The notes under the pieces are model-generated. The model was not told where the DNA came from. It saw nothing but the letters and a program-made list of their open reading frames with translations, and made no database searches. A program made the translations under genes and the position numbers. Below, piece by piece: positions 62,413 to 64,000 of a stretch of DNA of 64,000 nt; position 1 is the stretch's first letter; every line of letters begins with the position of its first letter. Location of the stretch: positions 1,984,001-2,048,000 of the forward strand of contig JAYWIR010000026.1 in NCBI GenBank assembly GCA_036172245.1, written 5' to 3'. Source of the DNA: Raillietiella orientalis (lineage: Eukaryota).

Positions 62413-64000
62413 TCGTTCCGCGGAAGTCCCCTGCTGAGACGGATCGCACGCGCCGGGACGGGAGATGGAATTCTCCCGTGCCTGCGCTCGCCTGCCTCTC
62501 CCTCCCTTCCTCCCTCCCTCCTTTGCCCGCCCGCCCGCCTGCCGTCCCTCCTTCCCTCCCTCCATCGCCGTCCTGCATCAAGGGATTCCCCTAGCGCCCC
62601 CTCCCTTCCTGCGAACGCCTTTCTCCGGTCGGCCGGCGTCCCCGGAAGGGTGTCCTCCCAAATCCCTCGTGCAGGCGTTGGAAGACTGGCAGCAGCAGGA
62701 GCCGTGACTATTTGGGGGGGAGAAGGTAGCCCTCGGCTCGGAGGACAAAATCGATACGGCCTGGACTCTCACATCTGCGTCGCGCCGCGGTACGCGGATT
62801 AAGGGGAACGAGTCCCTCTCGGAAAACCGGGATGGGATTGCGCGTTCGTCGACAATTAGCGACCGGAGAGAGAGGGTTTTCCTTTCCCCCGTCGCCCCCT
62901 CCTTTCCCCAATCCGATTATCTCCCCGCGGCGGCTCTTGCGCGCGGCCGTTTTGTTTCGTTCCCTCCACCTCACCCCACCCCACCCCACCCTTTTCTTCC
63001 TCCCTCCCTTTCCCCGCCCCCTCATCTCATAGTTCCGCGGGAGAGGTTTTGTGTCCGCGCATTTGCAGCGAGTTGCGTGCCACTCCTCCCGGCTCCTCTT
63101 CACTGCGAGTGGTGCTCATCCCGGGGGAAGCAGACTGGCCGCTCCGATCCGGACGTGGATGAGGGGGGCGTGGGAGTTGCGATGCTCGCCGGAAGCGGTC
63201 TCAAACCAGTCACCACTAGTGGCGCGCTCGTGTTCCACGTCTCTCCTTCCCCCCCCCCCCCACCCTCTTTCTCCTCCGGGACTGCTGCGGCGGTCGCCTT
63301 CGGTGCATTCCGCCTGGTTCCTGCCTTTTCCTCCCCGTACAGCCGTTCCTCCGCGACAAGCGGAGTGCGCACGCTTTCCCGTCCGAGTGCCGGCGGCGCC
63401 GCGTTGCTCGCTCCGCCGGTCGCTTCTCGCACACGTCGTCGTCTTCGCCTCTTTTCCTTGACATCTCCACGGCTGTTTTCTCGTCGCCCCTCTCAACGGC
63501 GCGATGCGCGACGCTCTGCAGTCCCCGTGAGGGGCGCCCGCAGCATCTGCTCCCCGGCACCGCCCTGTTCTTTTCTTTTGCTTTCTTTCTTCCTGCCAAG
63601 GAGGCGAGGAACGGGAGAGGGTCCCGGAGGCAGGGAGACAAGAAACAAACACGCCGTTTCCGCTCTTCTGTTACGCACCCTGCGCGTGCGTCACACAAAG
63701 CCCTGCACTTGTGTCCTTCCCCCCCCTCCCCGCTCTTGGGCAAATGGCGCTCCTCCTCCGACATTGGACGCGTGGCTACAGAGGAGGATCAGGGGGGAGG
63801 GGGACCGCGTCTGATGCGGCAATCCTGAGGGATCTCTGGGGATCGTCGGACGCTCGACGGCTGCCTTCCGGGATGCAGCGAGCTCGCAGCTTGCCGGAGA
63901 GCCGCGAGCGAAAGGGGCGGGCGGTTTCCCCATCCCTAAAGAGCCCACCTCTACCTCTTCCCTTTTCCACGCTCTGCGAGGGGCAGCGAAGATGCGGTGA

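Noticed and set aside
51621..64000. Further NOL4 exons (conserved C-terminal FNMFVRLFVDENLDR-type region)
   Set aside because: Not found in any listed + strand frame and presumably downstream of the window. Short divergent exons could have been missed.

Overview
This is eukaryotic, probably invertebrate, genomic DNA: GC-rich, with no visible CpG depletion and dense with microsatellites and homopolymer runs. The only gene I can identify is a + strand NOL4/NOL4L (nucleolar protein 4)-family gene. Three coding exons lie in the window (23711-24067, 32599-32736, 51348-51584), joined by phase-0 GT-AG introns of 8.5 and 18.6 kb and giving 244 aa. The conserved C-terminal part is not seen and presumably lies beyond the window. 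The N-terminus carries an integrase-type H-X9-H-X28-C-X2-C zinc-binding motif split across intron 2. A GC/triplet-repeat-rich block near 60.3-61.1 kb resembles the block before exon 1 and ends in a candidate 9-codon phase-0 alternative first exon (MAQEPSSYK|GTAATG), which could give a short isoform lacking the zinc finger. The rest is non-coding: about 23 kb of gene-free CpG-rich upstream DNA, a homeodomain-site cluster in intron 1, a 91-bp tandem duplication, a small AT-rich hairpin and two weak, unconfirmed LINE-like reverse-transcriptase relics in intron 2. Nearly all ORFs in the track are GC/low-complexity artefacts. I found no prokaryotic-type system, CRISPR array, rRNA or credible tRNA, and I cannot claim a new biological system from sequence alone.
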